Assembly: GCF_030384885.1 (NCBI RefSeq)
Contig: NZ_CP128613.1
Origin: Escherichia coli
GTDB lineage: Bacteria > Pseudomonadota > Gammaproteobacteria > Enterobacterales > Enterobacteriaceae
Length of the DNA stretch: 64,000 nucleotides
Direction: 5' to 3' (one strand)
The notes beneath the pieces were generated by a model. That model was not told where the DNA came from and ran no database searches. It saw only the letters and a program-made list of their open reading frames with translations. Shown in pieces: positions 45,432 through 58,610 of the stretch (position 1 is its first letter; every line of letters begins with the position of its first letter). The position numbers and the translations under genes were made by a program.

Positions 45432-47018
45432 TTATTGCCCGCGCGTTAACCCCCGCGCGGGTAATTGCTCCATCCATTGCATAAACACCTGCGGCGGCAT
45501 CGCCTTCGCAAAGAACCATCCCTGGCAATAACGCACGCCGCGTTTGCGCAGCCAGTTAACCTGATCCTCAGTTTCTACCCCTTCTGCAATCGTTTTCAGC
45601 CCCAGGCTGTGCGCCAGCTCGATGATGTGTTCCGCAATCAAATGACTGGTTTTATGGGTGGTCAGCGTCTCAACAAACGATTTATCGATTTTCAAAATAT
45701 CAACATTCAATGATTTAAGGTTATGCAAGTTAGAGTAGCCAATACCAAAATCATCAATTGCCACTTCGTAACCGGCCTGGCGGAAAGCCAGAATAATTGG
45801 TGTCATTTTGTCGACATCAAGAAATGCATGTTCAGTCACTTCAAATTTAATTTGCTGTGGACGCACCGCGTATTGCTCTGTTTTCTGATTGGTTCGCGCT
45901 ATCAACCGTGACGTATGAAAATCGGAGGCCGACAGGTTAATAGAAACATAGCGATCGGCATGTGTTGCCAGGTACGCGCCCAGATCGCGGAAGACATTAT
46001 CAATAACATAATCAGTTACCTGTCCGATCATTCCCTCCTTTTCTGCCAGCGGAATAAACTCTGCCGGATTCATTACTTGCCCCTGCTCACCAGGCCAACG
46101 TAACAATGCTTCAGCGCCGATACATTTTTCTGTTTTGATATCGATTATTGGCTGGTAATAAAGGCAAAGTTGATGTTTTTCGAGGGCGCGTTGCAATTTG
46201 CGTTTGGGAGACAAATAGTTTTGTCGAATACGTAGCCAGAGTAATAACAGAACAAGACTCCCCAAAATGCCGGCGGGTAACGCAAAAATAAGATGATTAT
46301 AAAAATGCGCTATAAGACGTTGATATGAAGTCGCAACAATGGCTGCAATTGGGCGTTTTGTCGAATAAACTGTCGCATATAAATAGCCATTTCTTTGTAC
46401 GGTTAAATCATTCAAATGAATCAGCGGAGAAAACGTTGCTGCCGAGGCCTCGTTGCTTAACGAGAAAAAGGTTTTCGTTACCGTATCATACACACCCCAT
46501 TGCAATGTCGGATCATCAGACATCACTTCACTCCAGAATAGAGGGTTGATGACCGCCACATAATTTCCCCGCTGCATATAGGTCATTTTATAGCCAGAGA
46601 AAAAAGGCGTATCGCGGTAATAATAGATAGAAACGTTAGGTTCACGCTTATAATCGGCCGGTGCAATCGTATAACCGTTTACAGGCGCTATCAGCGATGA
46701 GCATAAAAAATGGTTATCACGGGCATAGATCAATTCATTAATATAAAGATAGCCACGAATAATATTCAACATTCGCTTTTGATGGGCCGGAGTGCAAACT
46801 TGCCCCTGATAGCGTTCTGCTGCATCGCTCACTAAATCTGCCTGGCGAATGACCAGCTCGGATTTATCCAGCGCCAGCTGAGCAAAAGTTTGGAGCTGAC
46901 TATTCACTTCTGATTTTGCCCAAAGGAAGGCAATCCATAGCGACAGAATGATGGGAAAGAGAACTAAAAAGATAATGCCCGGCAACGCCAGTAATTGGTG
47001 TCGTGCATGATGACTCAT
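45432..47018 (-). CDS. pdeC: c-di-GMP phosphodiesterase PdeC (YjcC), CSS-motif sensor plus EAL domain
   Basis: 528 aa from ATG 47016-47018; two TM segments around a periplasmic domain; C-terminal EAL-type domain. Confidence 0.85.
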
Positions 47019-47447
47019 TGCTATCAATTTCCTGCCTGTTTATACCCGGTCATTGCAAGGCGAGAACCCTGGTTATCGACGTCTTTAGATAAATCTTACG
47101 GTATAAATAGCACTTTTGCCTGATTTGAAATTGATACCTTTTTAATCGTCACCTGAATAAAAATAATTCATTGATATTCAAAATTAATTTCCTACAGGAA
47201 TGCAGAGGCGGCGGGAAGATATGCCCTTAATGCCGCTGAAAAAACACATAATCTGTACGGCAATAAAAGTCACGGCCTAATCTGGCTAACAAACAATCAA
47301 TTGTGATATAGTTCACAAAATTAATGAAACAAACAGAGTGTTTCTTTTTTGTGTTCTGCAAGCCCCGCGATAGCCAGATTGTATCACGCCTCCCGTGAAC
47401 AACGCCGCGCTGTCCAGGGCATCGGCTCTTTTCAGAGGAATTGTTTG

Positions 47448-47729
47448 ATGGCTACCCTCACCACTGGCGTGGTTCTTCTTCGCTGGCAACTTCTTAGTGC
47501 CGTAATGATGTTTCTGGCCAGCACGCTTAACATCCGTTTTCGTCGGTCTGATTATATCGGACTTGCAGTGATCAGCAGCGGTCTCGGCGTGGTTTCCGCC
47601 TGCTGGTTCGCTATGGGATTGCTTGGCATCACAATGGCGGATATCACCGCCATCTGGCACAACATCGAGTCGGTGATGATGGAGCAGATGAATCAGACAC
47701 CACCACAGTGGCCAATGATTTTGACTTGA
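47448..47729 (+). CDS. yjcB: Small inner membrane protein YjcB
   Basis: 93 aa from ATG 47448 with GAGGAA RBS; hydrophobic. Confidence 0.75.
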   Translation: MATLTTGVVLLRWQLLSAVMMFLASTLNIRFRRSDYIGLAVISSGLGVVSACWFAMGLLGITMADITAIWHNIESVMMEQMNQTPPQWPMILT

Positions 47730-47736
47730 TATGTAG

Positions 47737-47766
47737 AAGCCTCCATAACGGAGGCTTCTTTTTTTA
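47737..47766 (+). terminator. Rho-independent terminator of yjcB
   Basis: gaagcctcc-ataac-ggaggcttc followed by TTTTTTT. Confidence 0.8.
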
Positions 47767-47828
47767 TGGCTGGCAGATGCTTTAATCATCCACCTTAAAA
47801 CAATATAACCTATTGTTTTAATGACAAA

Positions 47829-48365
47829 TCAGAACGGAATATCGTCATCAAAGTCCATCGGCGGCTCATTAGACGGTGCTGCCGGAGCAGACTGCTGCGG
47901 GCGAGACTGCGCGCCGCCGCTGAACTGATTGCCGCCCTGCGGCTGCTGAGGCTGACCCCAACCGCCCTGCGGCTGACCACCACCGATATTGCCACCTGCA
48001 GGTGCGCCACCGCCCTGACGGCCGCCCAGCATCTGCATGGTGCCGCCAACGTTTACCACAACTTCAGTGGTGTAGCGATCTTGACCGGATTGATCGGTCC
48101 ATTTGCGGGTACGCAGCTGACCTTCGATATAAACCTGAGAACCTTTACGCAGATATTCGCTGGCTACTTCTGCCAGTTTGCCGAACAGCACAACGCGGTG
48201 CCATTCAGTCTGCTCTTTCATCTCGCCGGTCGCTTTATCACGCCAGGATTCGGAAGTAGCCAGCGTAATGTTGGCAACTGCGCCACCATTTGGCATGTAG
48301 CGTACTTCCGGGTCCTGACCCAGATTACCAACGAGAATAACCTTGTTTACGCCTCTGCTGGCCAT
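47829..48365 (-). CDS. ssb: Single-stranded DNA-binding protein
   Basis: 178 aa; Gly/Gln-rich tail ending DFDDDIPF. Confidence 0.97.
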   Translation of the reverse strand: MASRGVNKVILVGNLGQDPEVRYMPNGGAVANITLATSESWRDKATGEMKEQTEWHRVVLFGKLAEVASEYLRKGSQVYIEGQLRTRKWTDQSGQDRYTTEVVVNVGGTMQMLGGRQGGGAPAGGNIGGGQPQGGWGQPQQPQGGNQFSGGAQSRPQQSAPAAPSNEPPMDFDDDIPF

Positions 48366-48517
48366 GTTCGTGTCTCCTGAAAAAAAATCGTTCTGAATAA
48401 GTGTAAACGCGCGATTGTACCATTACCAATAGCGCTTTTACTATGTTGTGACCTCGGTTCAGGGAAACAAACCTGGCCAGGCATTGTTACACAACACTCC
48501 GGGTAATGCATTCCAAT

Positions 48518-48533
48518 ACTGTATATTCATTCA
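48518..48533. promoter_or_regulatory. LexA (SOS) box shared by divergent ssb and uvrA promoters
   Basis: CTGTATATTCATTCAG matches CTGT-N8-ACAG. Confidence 0.85.
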
Positions 48534-48619
48534 GGTCAATTTGTGTCATAATTAACCGTTTGTGATCGCCGGTAGCACCATGCCACCGGGCAAAAAAGCG
48601 TTTAATCCGGGAAAGGTGA

Positions 48620-51442
48620 ATGGATAAGATCGAAGTTCGGGGCGCCCGCACCCATAATCTCAAAAACATCAACCTCGTTATCCCCCGCGACAAGCTCATT
48701 GTCGTGACCGGGCTTTCGGGTTCTGGCAAATCCTCGCTCGCTTTCGACACCTTATATGCCGAAGGGCAGCGCCGTTACGTTGAATCCCTTTCCGCCTACG
48801 CGCGGCAGTTTCTGTCACTGATGGAAAAGCCGGACGTCGATCATATTGAGGGGCTTTCTCCTGCCATCTCGATTGAGCAGAAATCGACGTCTCATAACCC
48901 GCGTTCTACGGTGGGGACAATCACCGAAATCCACGACTATTTGCGTTTGTTGTTCGCCCGCGTCGGTGAGCCGCGCTGCCCGGACCACGATGTACCGCTG
49001 GCGGCGCAAACCGTCAGCCAGATGGTGGATAACGTGCTGTCGCAGCCGGAAGGTAAACGCCTGATGCTGCTCGCGCCAATCATTAAAGAGCGCAAAGGCG
49101 AACACACCAAAACGCTGGAAAATCTGGCAAGCCAGGGTTACATCCGTGCTCGTATTGATGGCGAAGTCTGCGATCTTTCCGATCCGCCGAAACTGGAACT
49201 GCAAAAGAAACACACCATTGAAGTGGTGGTTGATCGCTTCAAGGTGCGTGACGATCTTACCCAACGTCTTGCCGAGTCGTTTGAAACCGCGCTAGAGCTT
49301 TCCGGTGGTACAGCGGTGGTTGCTGATATGGACGATCCAAAAGCGGAAGAGCTGCTTTTCTCAGCGAACTTCGCTTGTCCAATTTGCGGCTACAGTATGC
49401 GTGAACTGGAGCCGCGACTGTTTTCGTTTAACAACCCGGCGGGGGCCTGCCCGACCTGTGACGGCCTTGGCGTACAGCAATATTTCGATCCTGATCGCGT
49501 GATCCAAAACCCGGAACTGTCGCTGGCTGGCGGTGCGATCCGAGGCTGGGATCGCCGCAACTTCTATTACTTCCAGATGCTGAAATCGCTGGCAGATCAC
49601 TATAAGTTCGACGTCGAAGCGCCGTGGGGCAGCCTGAGCGCGAATGTGCATAAAGTGGTGTTGTACGGTTCTGGCAAAGAAAACATTGAATTCAAATACA
49701 TGAACGATCGTGGCGATACCTCCATTCGTCGTCATCCGTTCGAAGGCGTGCTGCACAATATGGAGCGCCGTTATAAAGAGACGGAATCCAGTGCGGTACG
49801 CGAAGAATTAGCCAAGTTTATCAGCAATCGCCCGTGCGCCAGCTGCGAAGGAACGCGTCTGCGTCGGGAAGCGCGCCATGTGTATGTCGAGAATACGCCG
49901 CTGCCTGCTATCTCCGACATGAGCATCGGTCATGCGATGGAATTCTTCAACAATCTCAAACTCGCAGGTCAACGAGCGAAGATTGCGGAAAAAATTCTTA
50001 AGGAGATTGGCGATCGCCTGAAATTCCTCGTTAACGTCGGCCTGAATTACCTGACACTTTCCCGCTCGGCAGAAACGCTTTCTGGCGGTGAAGCCCAGCG
50101 TATCCGTCTGGCGAGCCAGATTGGTGCGGGCCTGGTTGGCGTTATGTACGTGCTCGATGAGCCGTCTATCGGCCTGCACCAGCGCGATAACGAGCGCCTG
50201 CTGGGTACGCTTATCCATCTGCGCGATCTCGGTAATACCGTGATTGTGGTGGAGCACGACGAAGACGCGATTCGCGCCGCTGACCATGTGATCGACATTG
50301 GCCCGGGCGCAGGTGTACACGGCGGTGAAGTAGTCGCGGAAGGTCCCCTGGAAGCGATTATGGCGGTGCCTGAGTCGTTAACCGGGCAGTACATGAGCGG
50401 CAAACGCAAGATTGAAGTGCCGAAGAAACGCGTTCCGGCGAATCCGGAAAAAGTGCTGAAGCTGACAGGCGCACGTGGTAATAACCTGAAAGACGTGACG
50501 CTGACGCTGCCAGTCGGTCTGTTTACCTGCATCACAGGGGTTTCAGGTTCCGGTAAATCGACGCTGATTAACGACACACTGTTCCCGATTGCCCAACGCC
50601 AGTTGAATGGTGCGACCATCGCCGAACCGGCACCTTATCGCGATATTCAGGGGCTGGAGCATTTCGATAAAGTGATCGATATCGACCAAAGCCCAATTGG
50701 TCGTACTCCGCGTTCTAACCCGGCGACCTATACCGGCGTGTTTACGCCTGTGCGCGAACTGTTTGCGGGCGTACCGGAATCCCGTGCGCGCGGTTATACG
50801 CCAGGACGTTTCAGCTTTAACGTCCGTGGCGGACGCTGCGAAGCCTGTCAGGGCGACGGCGTGATCAAAGTGGAGATGCACTTCCTGCCGGACATTTACG
50901 TACCGTGCGACCAGTGCAAAGGTAAACGCTATAACCGTGAAACGCTGGAGATTAAGTACAAAGGCAAAACCATCCACGAAGTGCTGGATATGACCATCGA
51001 AGAGGCGCGTGAGTTCTTTGATGCGGTGCCAGCTCTGGCGCGTAAGCTGCAAACGTTGATGGACGTTGGCCTGACGTACATTCGCCTCGGGCAGTCCGCA
51101 ACCACGCTTTCTGGTGGTGAAGCCCAGCGCGTGAAGCTGGCGCGTGAGCTGTCAAAACGCGGCACCGGGCAGACACTGTATATTCTCGACGAGCCGACCA
51201 CCGGTCTGCACTTCGCCGATATTCAGCAACTGCTCGACGTACTGCATAAACTGCGCGATCAGGGCAATACCATCGTGGTGATTGAGCACAATCTCGACGT
51301 GATCAAAACCGCTGACTGGATTGTCGACCTGGGGCCGGAAGGCGGCAGTGGCGGCGGCGAGATCCTCGTCTCCGGTACACCAGAAACCGTCGCGGAGTGC
51401 GAAGCTTCGCATACGGCGCGCTTCCTCAAGCCGATGCTGTAA
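48620..51442 (+). CDS. uvrA: Excinuclease ABC subunit A
   Basis: 940 aa; two ABC ATPase modules (GLSGSGKSS and GVSGSGKST) and zinc-finger Cys motifs. Confidence 0.97.
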   Translation: MDKIEVRGARTHNLKNINLVIPRDKLIVVTGLSGSGKSSLAFDTLYAEGQRRYVESLSAYARQFLSLMEKPDVDHIEGLSPAISIEQKSTSHNPRSTVGTITEIHDYLRLLFARVGEPRCPDHDVPLAAQTVSQMVDNVLSQPEGKRLMLLAPIIKERKGEHTKTLENLASQGYIRARIDGEVCDLSDPPKLELQKKHTIEVVVDRFKVRDDLTQRLAESFETALELSGGTAVVADMDDPKAEELLFSANFACPICGYSMRELEPRLFSFNNPAGACPTCDGLGVQQYFDPDRVIQNPELSLAGGAIRGWDRRNFYYFQMLKSLADHYKFDVEAPWGSLSANVHKVVLYGSGKENIEFKYMNDRGDTSIRRHPFEGVLHNMERRYKETESSAVREELAKFISNRPCASCEGTRLRREARHVYVENTPLPAISDMSIGHAMEFFNNLKLAGQRAKIAEKILKEIGDRLKFLVNVGLNYLTLSRSAETLSGGEAQRIRLASQIGAGLVGVMYVLDEPSIGLHQRDNERLLGTLIHLRDLGNTVIVVEHDEDAIRAADHVIDIGPGAGVHGGEVVAEGPLEAIMAVPESLTGQYMSGKRKIEVPKKRVPANPEKVLKLTGARGNNLKDVTLTLPVGLFTCITGVSGSGKSTLINDTLFPIAQRQLNGATIAEPAPYRDIQGLEHFDKVIDIDQSPIGRTPRSNPATYTGVFTPVRELFAGVPESRARGYTPGRFSFNVRGGRCEACQGDGVIKVEMHFLPDIYVPCDQCKGKRYNRETLEIKYKGKTIHEVLDMTIEEAREFFDAVPALARKLQTLMDVGLTYIRLGQSATTLSGGEAQRVKLARELSKRGTGQTLYILDEPTTGLHFADIQQLLDVLHKLRDQGNTIVVIEHNLDVIKTADWIVDLGPEGGSGGGEILVSGTPETVAECEASHTARFLKPML

Positions 51443-51447
51443 TCGTT

Positions 51448-51474
51448 AAGGCCGCTTTCTGAGCGGCCTTTTCC
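51448..51474. terminator. Bidirectional terminator between convergent uvrA and yjbR
   Basis: aaggccgct-ttctg-agcggcctt hairpin with T-rich tail. Confidence 0.7.
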
Positions 51475-51476
51475 TT

Positions 51477-51833
51477 TCAGAGTTGCACCAGCAATTTACG
51501 TTTTTCTTCCGGCAGCAAATTCACCGCCTGCTGATAAGACGCATCCACCAGATAATAGATTTGCGAATCCGGTAGCGATCCGTCGAGATACACGGTGCTC
51601 CAGTGCGCTTTATTCAGATGGCGGCTTGGACGCACATCGCTGTGCTGCTGTCGTAGCAGCTCAGCCAGCTCCGGGCTGGTTTTCAGCGAAACAGCTGGGC
51701 GATTTTCTACTTCTTTCACCATCGCAAACAGTACATCTTCCACTTTGATCTGCGTCGCTTTCCAGTCGTTATGCACGCTCTGTTCTGCGCCTGGTTTTGC
51801 CATGCAATATTGTAGCAACTCCGAAATGGTCAT
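51477..51833 (-). CDS. yjbR: Uncharacterized protein YjbR (MmcQ/YjbR family)
   Basis: 118-aa ORF; synteny. Confidence 0.8.
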   Translation of the reverse strand: MTISELLQYCMAKPGAEQSVHNDWKATQIKVEDVLFAMVKEVENRPAVSLKTSPELAELLRQQHSDVRPSRHLNKAHWSTVYLDGSLPDSQIYYLVDASYQQAVNLLPEEKRKLLVQL

Positions 51834-51836
51834 TTT

Positions 51837-52253
51837 TTACTCCCCTTGTAGTGTCGCGATGATGCGACGCGATCCGCCGTGGATGCGATGTTCCCCCAGC
51901 CAGATGCCTTGCCAGGTGCCGGTCTGAATACGCCCTTTATGCACCGGCAATACAAGCGATGTTCCCAGCATTGAGGATTTGATATGAGAAGGCATATCGT
52001 CTGCTCCCTCATAGTCATGCTCATAATTTCCGTTATCGGGAACGGTGCGGAGGAAAAAACGCTCCATGTCGTGGCGTACGGTGGGATCGCAGTTCTCATT
52101 AAGTGTCAGAGAGGCGGAGGTATGTTGCAGCAACAGATGCAGTAAACCGATGTTAACGCGCGGCATATCAGCCAGCTGATGCAGTATTTCATCCGTTACC
52201 AGATGAAATCCACGAGATTTGGCGCTAAGCGTGAGCGTCTTTTGATACCACAT
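51837..52253 (-). CDS. yjbQ: UPF0047 protein YjbQ
   Basis: 138-aa ORF; synteny. Confidence 0.8.
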   Translation of the reverse strand: MWYQKTLTLSAKSRGFHLVTDEILHQLADMPRVNIGLLHLLLQHTSASLTLNENCDPTVRHDMERFFLRTVPDNGNYEHDYEGADDMPSHIKSSMLGTSLVLPVHKGRIQTGTWQGIWLGEHRIHGGSRRIIATLQGE

Positions 52254-52363
52254 GTGCTGCTCCTTGATAAAACTCTCTTAATCAGTTTGCAGCAAGACAG
52301 CGAAAGGATAAAGGTGTGATTAAAAAAACAGCATTCGGGAGAGCATCACGCTCTCCCGCTCTG

Positions 52364-53099
<736 letters not shown>

Positions 53100-53414
53100 C
53101 TATTGAAACGTTTTATTATGAGATTTGTTGCAAAAACCATCTGACCATAACGCCAGCTGCCAGGGAATAAAAGGGTTATCTACGGCTTTTGTTAAGAAAG
53201 GGAGCAGGATCACATGCGATCAGACTATGTTTGTTGTATTTAATAACTTAATGGCTCTCTATTGTGTAAAAATATTCGGATATAAAAACTTCTATTTTCT
53301 CAGTAGGAAATATCGATTATCAGAACCCATTCCTTTGTACGATTAGCCGAAAAAATACGTATACCCACTTATTGATGATTGAGCAGGCGGCTGTTCATCC
53401 GCCTGCCAACGACA

Positions 53415-54608
53415 TTACATCACCGCAGCAAACGCCTTTGCCACACGTTGTACATTTGCCGTATTTAACCCGGCGACACACATGCGACCGCTGGCGATGA
53501 GATAGACACCAAATTCTTCACGTAGTCGGTCAACCTGAGCGGCACTTAAACCGGTATAACTGAACATACCGCGCTGATTAAGCAGATAATCGAAATTGCG
53601 TTCTGGCATTTCTGTGCTCAATACCTTCACCAGTTCCTGACGCATCGCCAGAATGCGAGTACGCATCTCTTCGACTTCCGCCAGCCAGCTGGCTTTCAAT
53701 GCCTCGTCATTCAGCACCGCAGCCACCACCTGCGCACCAAAATTCGGCGGGCTGGAGTAGTTGCGGCGAACTGTTGCTTTCAATTGCCCCAGTACGCGCC
53801 CTGCGGCTTCGGCATCTTCACACAGCACAGAAAGTCCGCCGACGCGCTCGCCGTAAAGGGAGAAAATTTTCGAGAACGAATTGCTCACCAGAGCAGGTAA
53901 TCCCGCGCTGGCAATGGCGCGAATGGCGTAGGCATCTTCTTCCATACCGGCACCAAATCCTTGATAGGCAATATCAAGAAATGGGATAAGCTCGCGGGCT
54001 TTGAGAATTTCAATCACCGCATCCCACTGGTCATTGGTGAGATCGGCACCGGTTGGGTTGTGGCAGCATGGATGCAGCAACACAATACTGCGGGCAGGTA
54101 ATGTTTCCAGCGTCGCTAACAGGTCATTAAAACGCACGCCGTTGGTTGCTTTGTCGTACCAGGGGTAAGTACTCACTTCGAAACCAGCCCCGGCGAATAT
54201 TGCTACGTGGTTTTCCCAGGTGGGATCGCTGACCCATACGCCTGATTCCGGGAAGTAACGCTTCAGGAAGTCAGCGCCCACTTTCAATGCCCCTGAGCCG
54301 CCAAGGGTTTGAATGGTTGCTACGCGCTGTTGTTGCATTACCGGATGGTCCGCACCAAACAGCAGCGGCGTAATAGCATGGCGATAGCTGTTAAGCCCTT
54401 CCATCGGTAAATAAAGCGAAGCGCCATGAGGCTGCGCATTCAGGCGCACTTCCGCATCCGCCACGGCTTTCAGTTGGGGAATAATTCCGTCTTCGTTGTA
54501 GTACAGACCGATACTTAAATTCACTTTGTCGCTGCGAGGGTCTTCTTTGAAACGCTCCATAAGCGTAAGAATCGGGTCGCCAGCGTAGGCGTCAACTTTT
54601 TGAAACAC
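53415..54608 (-). CDS. tyrB: Aromatic-amino-acid aminotransferase TyrB
   Basis: 397 aa from GTG at 54606-54608 ([14 protein letters not shown]...); PLP aminotransferase class I. Confidence 0.9.
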   Translation of the reverse strand: MFQKVDAYAGDPILTLMERFKEDPRSDKVNLSIGLYYNEDGIIPQLKAVADAEVRLNAQPHGASLYLPMEGLNSYRHAITPLLFGADHPVMQQQRVATIQTLGGSGALKVGADFLKRYFPESGVWVSDPTWENHVAIFAGAGFEVSTYPWYDKATNGVRFNDLLATLETLPARSIVLLHPCCHNPTGADLTNDQWDAVIEILKARELIPFLDIAYQGFGAGMEEDAYAIRAIASAGLPALVSNSFSKIFSLYGERVGGLSVLCEDAEAAGRVLGQLKATVRRNYSSPPNFGAQVVAAVLNDEALKASWLAEVEEMRTRILAMRQELVKVLSTEMPERNFDYLLNQRGMFSYTGLSAAQVDRLREEFGVYLIASGRMCVAGLNTANVQRVAKAFAAVM

Positions 54609-54689
54609 GCGATGGTTCTCCAGGTTTACGGGCAGGTGGTTAAACCACAATAAACCGGAAGAAGGCGAAGATCGAGTGGATGTTCAAAG

Positions 54690-55694
54690 TCAGTCGGGAA
54701 GTTGATGAAGAATTTGCCCCAGTCGCTCTTGCAGCGAACCCGAAACCGAAAGATAAGGAATGTTCCTGCGCGATAATTCCTGTTCGTACCACGCCTGCTG
54801 CCGCGCGCGAAACGCCTCTCCTTGCCGGGTGCCATCCTGCACAAAGGGAAATTCCGCGCCGCAAAGCACCACCAGAGAGTATTCCCGCTCCGCCAGCTGG
54901 TGAAGTTCCTTCGGGGCATGACCATATTGATCAAGGGTATAGAACAAGGTCGTGAGTGGCGATGTGTCACATATAAGATAGCGATTAGCTTCTGCTTGTT
55001 GTTCCCGACGTACCTGTTCGCGGGCGATATGCAACAAATCGTCTGCGGTTAAAACACCATTTTTCTCTTCCCAATAGTCGCGACCAAATTCAGCGACATA
55101 CGCCGTGTCGAGCACGTCCGCCAGCGCTTTTGAAAGTGTGCTCTTACCGGTTGATTCGCCACCAAGCAGACAGATACGGCGAACGAAACTGCGATAAACG
55201 TCGTGCGCCAGCATGTAACGATAGCGGTGAACGTCGGAACGAATCAGCGTTCCCGAAGGAGATTTATCGCCAAGTGGACGCTGTAATCGAATGTGTTCAA
55301 CAGGTTGGGCAAAACGCTTTGTCAGCACTTTAGCAAAACCGTCACCATAATCTTCTGCGGTAAATACAGCGTGTGGGCGGCAATGTAATACCTGCAGGCA
55401 CAGCGTCGCCACATAATGACGATGGATGTCGGCATCGGCATCATTATGCGGTATGGCAGGTAAGTTATAACGCGCGATCAGTTCGGGAGTCAGTACCAGA
55501 ACCGTCGCTCGCGGGAAGCTCACTTGCAGCCACGTCAGGCGCTTTTCAGGTTCACAGTCAGGCATTTCCGGCACGGAATAACTGATGATGAACAGTTCTT
55601 CACATTGTGCCAGCGCGGTATTGATCAACCGTTCATGACCACAATGCAAAGGCGCGAATTTGCCAACCACCAGTCCCGTTACGAAAGGCTTCAT
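54690..55694 (-). CDS. NadR-like bifunctional NMN adenylyltransferase / ribosylnicotinamide kinase lacking the N-terminal HTH domain
   Basis: About 334 aa from ATG 55692-55694; nucleotidyltransferase motif GKFAPLHCGH; Walker A GGESTGKST followed by EFGRDYW, resembling the E. coli NadR catalytic domains as I recall them. Confidence 0.7.
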   Translation of the reverse strand: MKPFVTGLVVGKFAPLHCGHERLINTALAQCEELFIISYSVPEMPDCEPEKRLTWLQVSFPRATVLVLTPELIARYNLPAIPHNDADADIHRHYVATLCLQVLHCRPHAVFTAEDYGDGFAKVLTKRFAQPVEHIRLQRPLGDKSPSGTLIRSDVHRYRYMLAHDVYRSFVRRICLLGGESTGKSTLSKALADVLDTAYVAEFGRDYWEEKNGVLTADDLLHIAREQVRREQQAEANRYLICDTSPLTTLFYTLDQYGHAPKELHQLAEREYSLVVLCGAEFPFVQDGTRQGEAFRARQQAWYEQELSRRNIPYLSVSGSLQERLGQILHQLPD

Positions 55695-56248
55695 GATGCC
55701 CGCAGCTCCTTGCGCCACTGATACAAACCATGCCAGGCGTTAATCCAGAACAGGAAATATAAACCGGCGGTCAAGTTTAAACCACGCGTCATATACAGTG
55801 GCACCGCCAGGGTATTCACTGCTAACCAGACGTACCAGTTTTCGATACGTCTTCCCATCAACATGAATTGTGCCAGAACGCTGAAGGTCAAAATCAACGA
55901 ATCCAGCCAGGGGGCCCAGGCATTGGTAAAGGTGTGGAGCAAAAAGCCGTAGCCACCTGCCACGACGACGGCACAGAGCAACAAGAGGAAAAAGTGACTG
56001 GCTTGCGTCCGGCGCACCGGCAAGACATCGCCACCCTGACCTTTCAGCCAGTGGATCCAACCGATGATGCTGGTTGCGATGAAGAATAACTGGAGCGTGA
56101 CATCGGCATAGAGTTGCACGGACCAAAAAACCCAGCCATACAGCATGCTACCAATTATGCCGATCCACCACGTATGCACATTGTTTCTGGCGGCCAGCCA
56201 GACGGAAACCGCGTATGCCAGACACGCGGCGATTTCTGAATAAGACAT
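55691..56248 (-). CDS. PnuC-family nucleoside (nicotinamide riboside-type) transporter
   Basis: 185-aa polytopic ORF with PnuC-like motifs QLYADVTLQLFF and ENWYVWL; GGGAGGG RBS; stop overlaps the start of the NadR-like gene. Confidence 0.7.
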   Translation of the reverse strand: MSYSEIAACLAYAVSVWLAARNNVHTWWIGIIGSMLYGWVFWSVQLYADVTLQLFFIATSIIGWIHWLKGQGGDVLPVRRTQASHFFLLLLCAVVVAGGYGFLLHTFTNAWAPWLDSLILTFSVLAQFMLMGRRIENWYVWLAVNTLAVPLYMTRGLNLTAGLYFLFWINAWHGLYQWRKELRAS

Positions 56249-56270
56249 TGTCCCTCCCTGGAGACGGGTA

Positions 56271-57350
56271 TTAATCCACGTATTTCATCGCGACCCTTGA
56301 AGTCAGGCGCGTGATAAGTTCGTAAGCGCTCACTTTCGTCATTTCAGCGATACGTTCTACGGGCAAACCTTCGCCCCATAAAATGACCGGGTCCCCGGCT
56401 TTATCCTGCGCCTGTGGACCTAAGTCGACGCAGATCATATCCATCGCGACTCGCCCGACAATCGGCACTTCGCGACCGTTCACCAGCACTGGCGTACCGG
56501 ACGGCGCGGCGCGCGGATAACCATCGCCATAACCCATAGCGACTACGCCAAGACGGGTATTACGTTCGCTTACCCAGGTTCCACCATAACCGACAGGCTC
56601 TCCGGCTTTATGCTCACGCACAGCAATCAGGCTGGAGGTCAATGACATTACCGGCTGACAGCCAAAATCGGCACCGGTGGAGCGATCTTCCAGCGGCGAG
56701 ACACCGTAAAGAATGATGCCCGGGCGCACCCAGTCAAAATGTGACTGTGGCCACAGCAGAATGCCCCCCGACGCGGCAATGGAACGTTGACCAGGTTTGC
56801 CTTCACAAAAGGTATTAAAGATATCGAGTTGTTTCTCGGTTGCACCGCATTTTGGCTCATCCGCGCGCGCAAAATGGCTGACAATATTCACCGGCTGACG
56901 AACGTTTTTGCACTGAGTCAGGCGATGATAAAACGTCTCAGCCTGTTCCGGCCTTACGCCCAGACGGTGCATACCGGTATCGAGTTTCATCCAGACGGTA
57001 ACCGGCTCGTCCAGGCTGGCCTCTTCCAGCGCAGCAAGCTGTTCTTCGTTATGCACGGCGGTATGAAAATGTTGCGCAGAAATCGTCGGTAGATCTCTGG
57101 CATCAAAAAAGCCTTCGAGTAACAGTACAGGTTTGGTGATTCCCCCCGCACGCAGTCGCAGAGCTTCTTCGAGACGGGCTACGCCAAAGGCGTCAGCATC
57201 GGGGAGCGTTCGCGCGGTCTCAAGAAGACCGTGACCATAAGCGTTCGCTTTCACCACCGCAACCATTTTACTGGCAGGTGCCAGTTCACGAAGACGTTGC
57301 AGGTTGTGTCGCAGAGCGCGGCGGTTAATCACAACAGTTGCCGCTTGCAT
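56271..57350 (-). CDS. alr: Alanine racemase, biosynthetic
   Basis: 359 aa; PLP-lysine motif [11 protein letters not shown]. Confidence 0.95.
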   Translation of the reverse strand: MQAATVVINRRALRHNLQRLRELAPASKMVAVVKANAYGHGLLETARTLPDADAFGVARLEEALRLRAGGITKPVLLLEGFFDARDLPTISAQHFHTAVHNEEQLAALEEASLDEPVTVWMKLDTGMHRLGVRPEQAETFYHRLTQCKNVRQPVNIVSHFARADEPKCGATEKQLDIFNTFCEGKPGQRSIAASGGILLWPQSHFDWVRPGIILYGVSPLEDRSTGADFGCQPVMSLTSSLIAVREHKAGEPVGYGGTWVSERNTRLGVVAMGYGDGYPRAAPSGTPVLVNGREVPIVGRVAMDMICVDLGPQAQDKAGDPVILWGEGLPVERIAEMTKVSAYELITRLTSRVAMKYVD

Positions 57351-57476
57351 TTGTGTTCCTTTTTTTCAGGTTCTGCCCACCCGTGCAAAACCTCGCTAAA
57401 CAGATAGGACCGGAGTATGCTATTCCACATCCAGGGATGGGTTTATAAACGGCAAGATGATATCGGATTTTCAGCC

Positions 57477-58037
57477 ATGACAAAGATAAAATTTGTTTTC
57501 TTTTTTCTGCTAATCGCAGGTATAACGCCTGCCGCGACGGGGGCTTGCCCGGCGCAGACACCTGACGGTGTCGCAGATAAGTTTTACTCAACCTATGTTT
57601 TTTCTGATACCAGCTTTAAGAGTGAAAAAGACCAGCTGGCATTTTTTCAGAAATACCTCACCCCCTCGCTTTATCAACTGATTGTTGGCGCGTATGACAG
57701 AAATAAACGCGACTACGCCATCGATCCCACGGCCAAACCTACTTTTGGTGACGGGATTATTTTCACGTCTTATCCTTCGGATAGTTACTATGAGAAATTT
57801 GATGGCGTGACACTACCGTCATCGTATAAACCTGGTGATAACAACGTCACTGTCGCCCTCCATTTTCATTTTACCGTTGATGATAAAAAGGCCTGGCAGG
57901 ACGAAGCGCTAATGGCGCGTTCCGCTGATGATGGCTGTTGGCGGATCGACAATATCATATTCCACGAAGACGAAGATAACTCGGTTCTGAGCCTTAAAGA
58001 GTGGCTAAAAAAAGGGATTGAAAGTCCGGCGGAATAA
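57477..58037 (+). CDS. Hypothetical secreted protein (signal peptide, two Cys); alternative start 57417
   Basis: 186 aa from ATG 57477 (MTKIKFVFFFLLIAGITPAATGA...); no family recognised. Confidence 0.55.
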   Translation: MTKIKFVFFFLLIAGITPAATGACPAQTPDGVADKFYSTYVFSDTSFKSEKDQLAFFQKYLTPSLYQLIVGAYDRNKRDYAIDPTAKPTFGDGIIFTSYPSDSYYEKFDGVTLPSSYKPGDNNVTVALHFHFTVDDKKAWQDEALMARSADDGCWRIDNIIFHEDEDNSVLSLKEWLKKGIESPAE

Positions 58038-58082
58038 AGCAGTTCAACGAACTCAGGAAAAGCATTTTACAAGGAGATAGTA

Positions 58083-58610
58083 ATGACCCCAGACCTGGAA
58101 CTACTCAAAAACAAACGTAATCAAATTAAAGAAATCATTGATGAGCTACAGCTTACATTAACCGACGATCCAAATTGGGATGCCCCTTCTGATAACAGTT
58201 ATTTAAATGAAGAAGAACTCGCCATCCCTGAAATTCAGGATAATGTGACGGCAATAAAGGCGACGAATAAATTAATCAGCTGGTTTGGGCAAGATCATGA
58301 AGGTTTTGTCGGCTTATGGCGAGGTCCCAATGCGATCCCCCTCGATAAAGCGCAAGTGGTTCGGCTGAATGATGAAGCTAACTATGAACTAGTCGCCGAT
58401 ACCGTGCCCAATTACCTGATGTTCACCTATTTTTATGGCGATGAAGATACTGAACAACATGAATACAATCGTGTTAAAAAATTACTGACTGATGCAGGAT
58501 TCACCGTTGCTGGCGACATAGAAGCTATCTATGACAATATTGATTACGATAGTCTTCAACCTGAAGATTATAAAGAAGAGCAATATAATCAGGCCCAATC
58601 CCGCCGATAA
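58083..58610 (+). CDS. Hypothetical acidic cytoplasmic protein
   Basis: 175-aa ORF with strong AAGGAG RBS 7 nt upstream; D/E-rich and AT-rich by eye; no family recognised. Confidence 0.6.
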   Translation: MTPDLELLKNKRNQIKEIIDELQLTLTDDPNWDAPSDNSYLNEEELAIPEIQDNVTAIKATNKLISWFGQDHEGFVGLWRGPNAIPLDKAQVVRLNDEANYELVADTVPNYLMFTYFYGDEDTEQHEYNRVKKLLTDAGFTVAGDIEAIYDNIDYDSLQPEDYKEEQYNQAQSRR

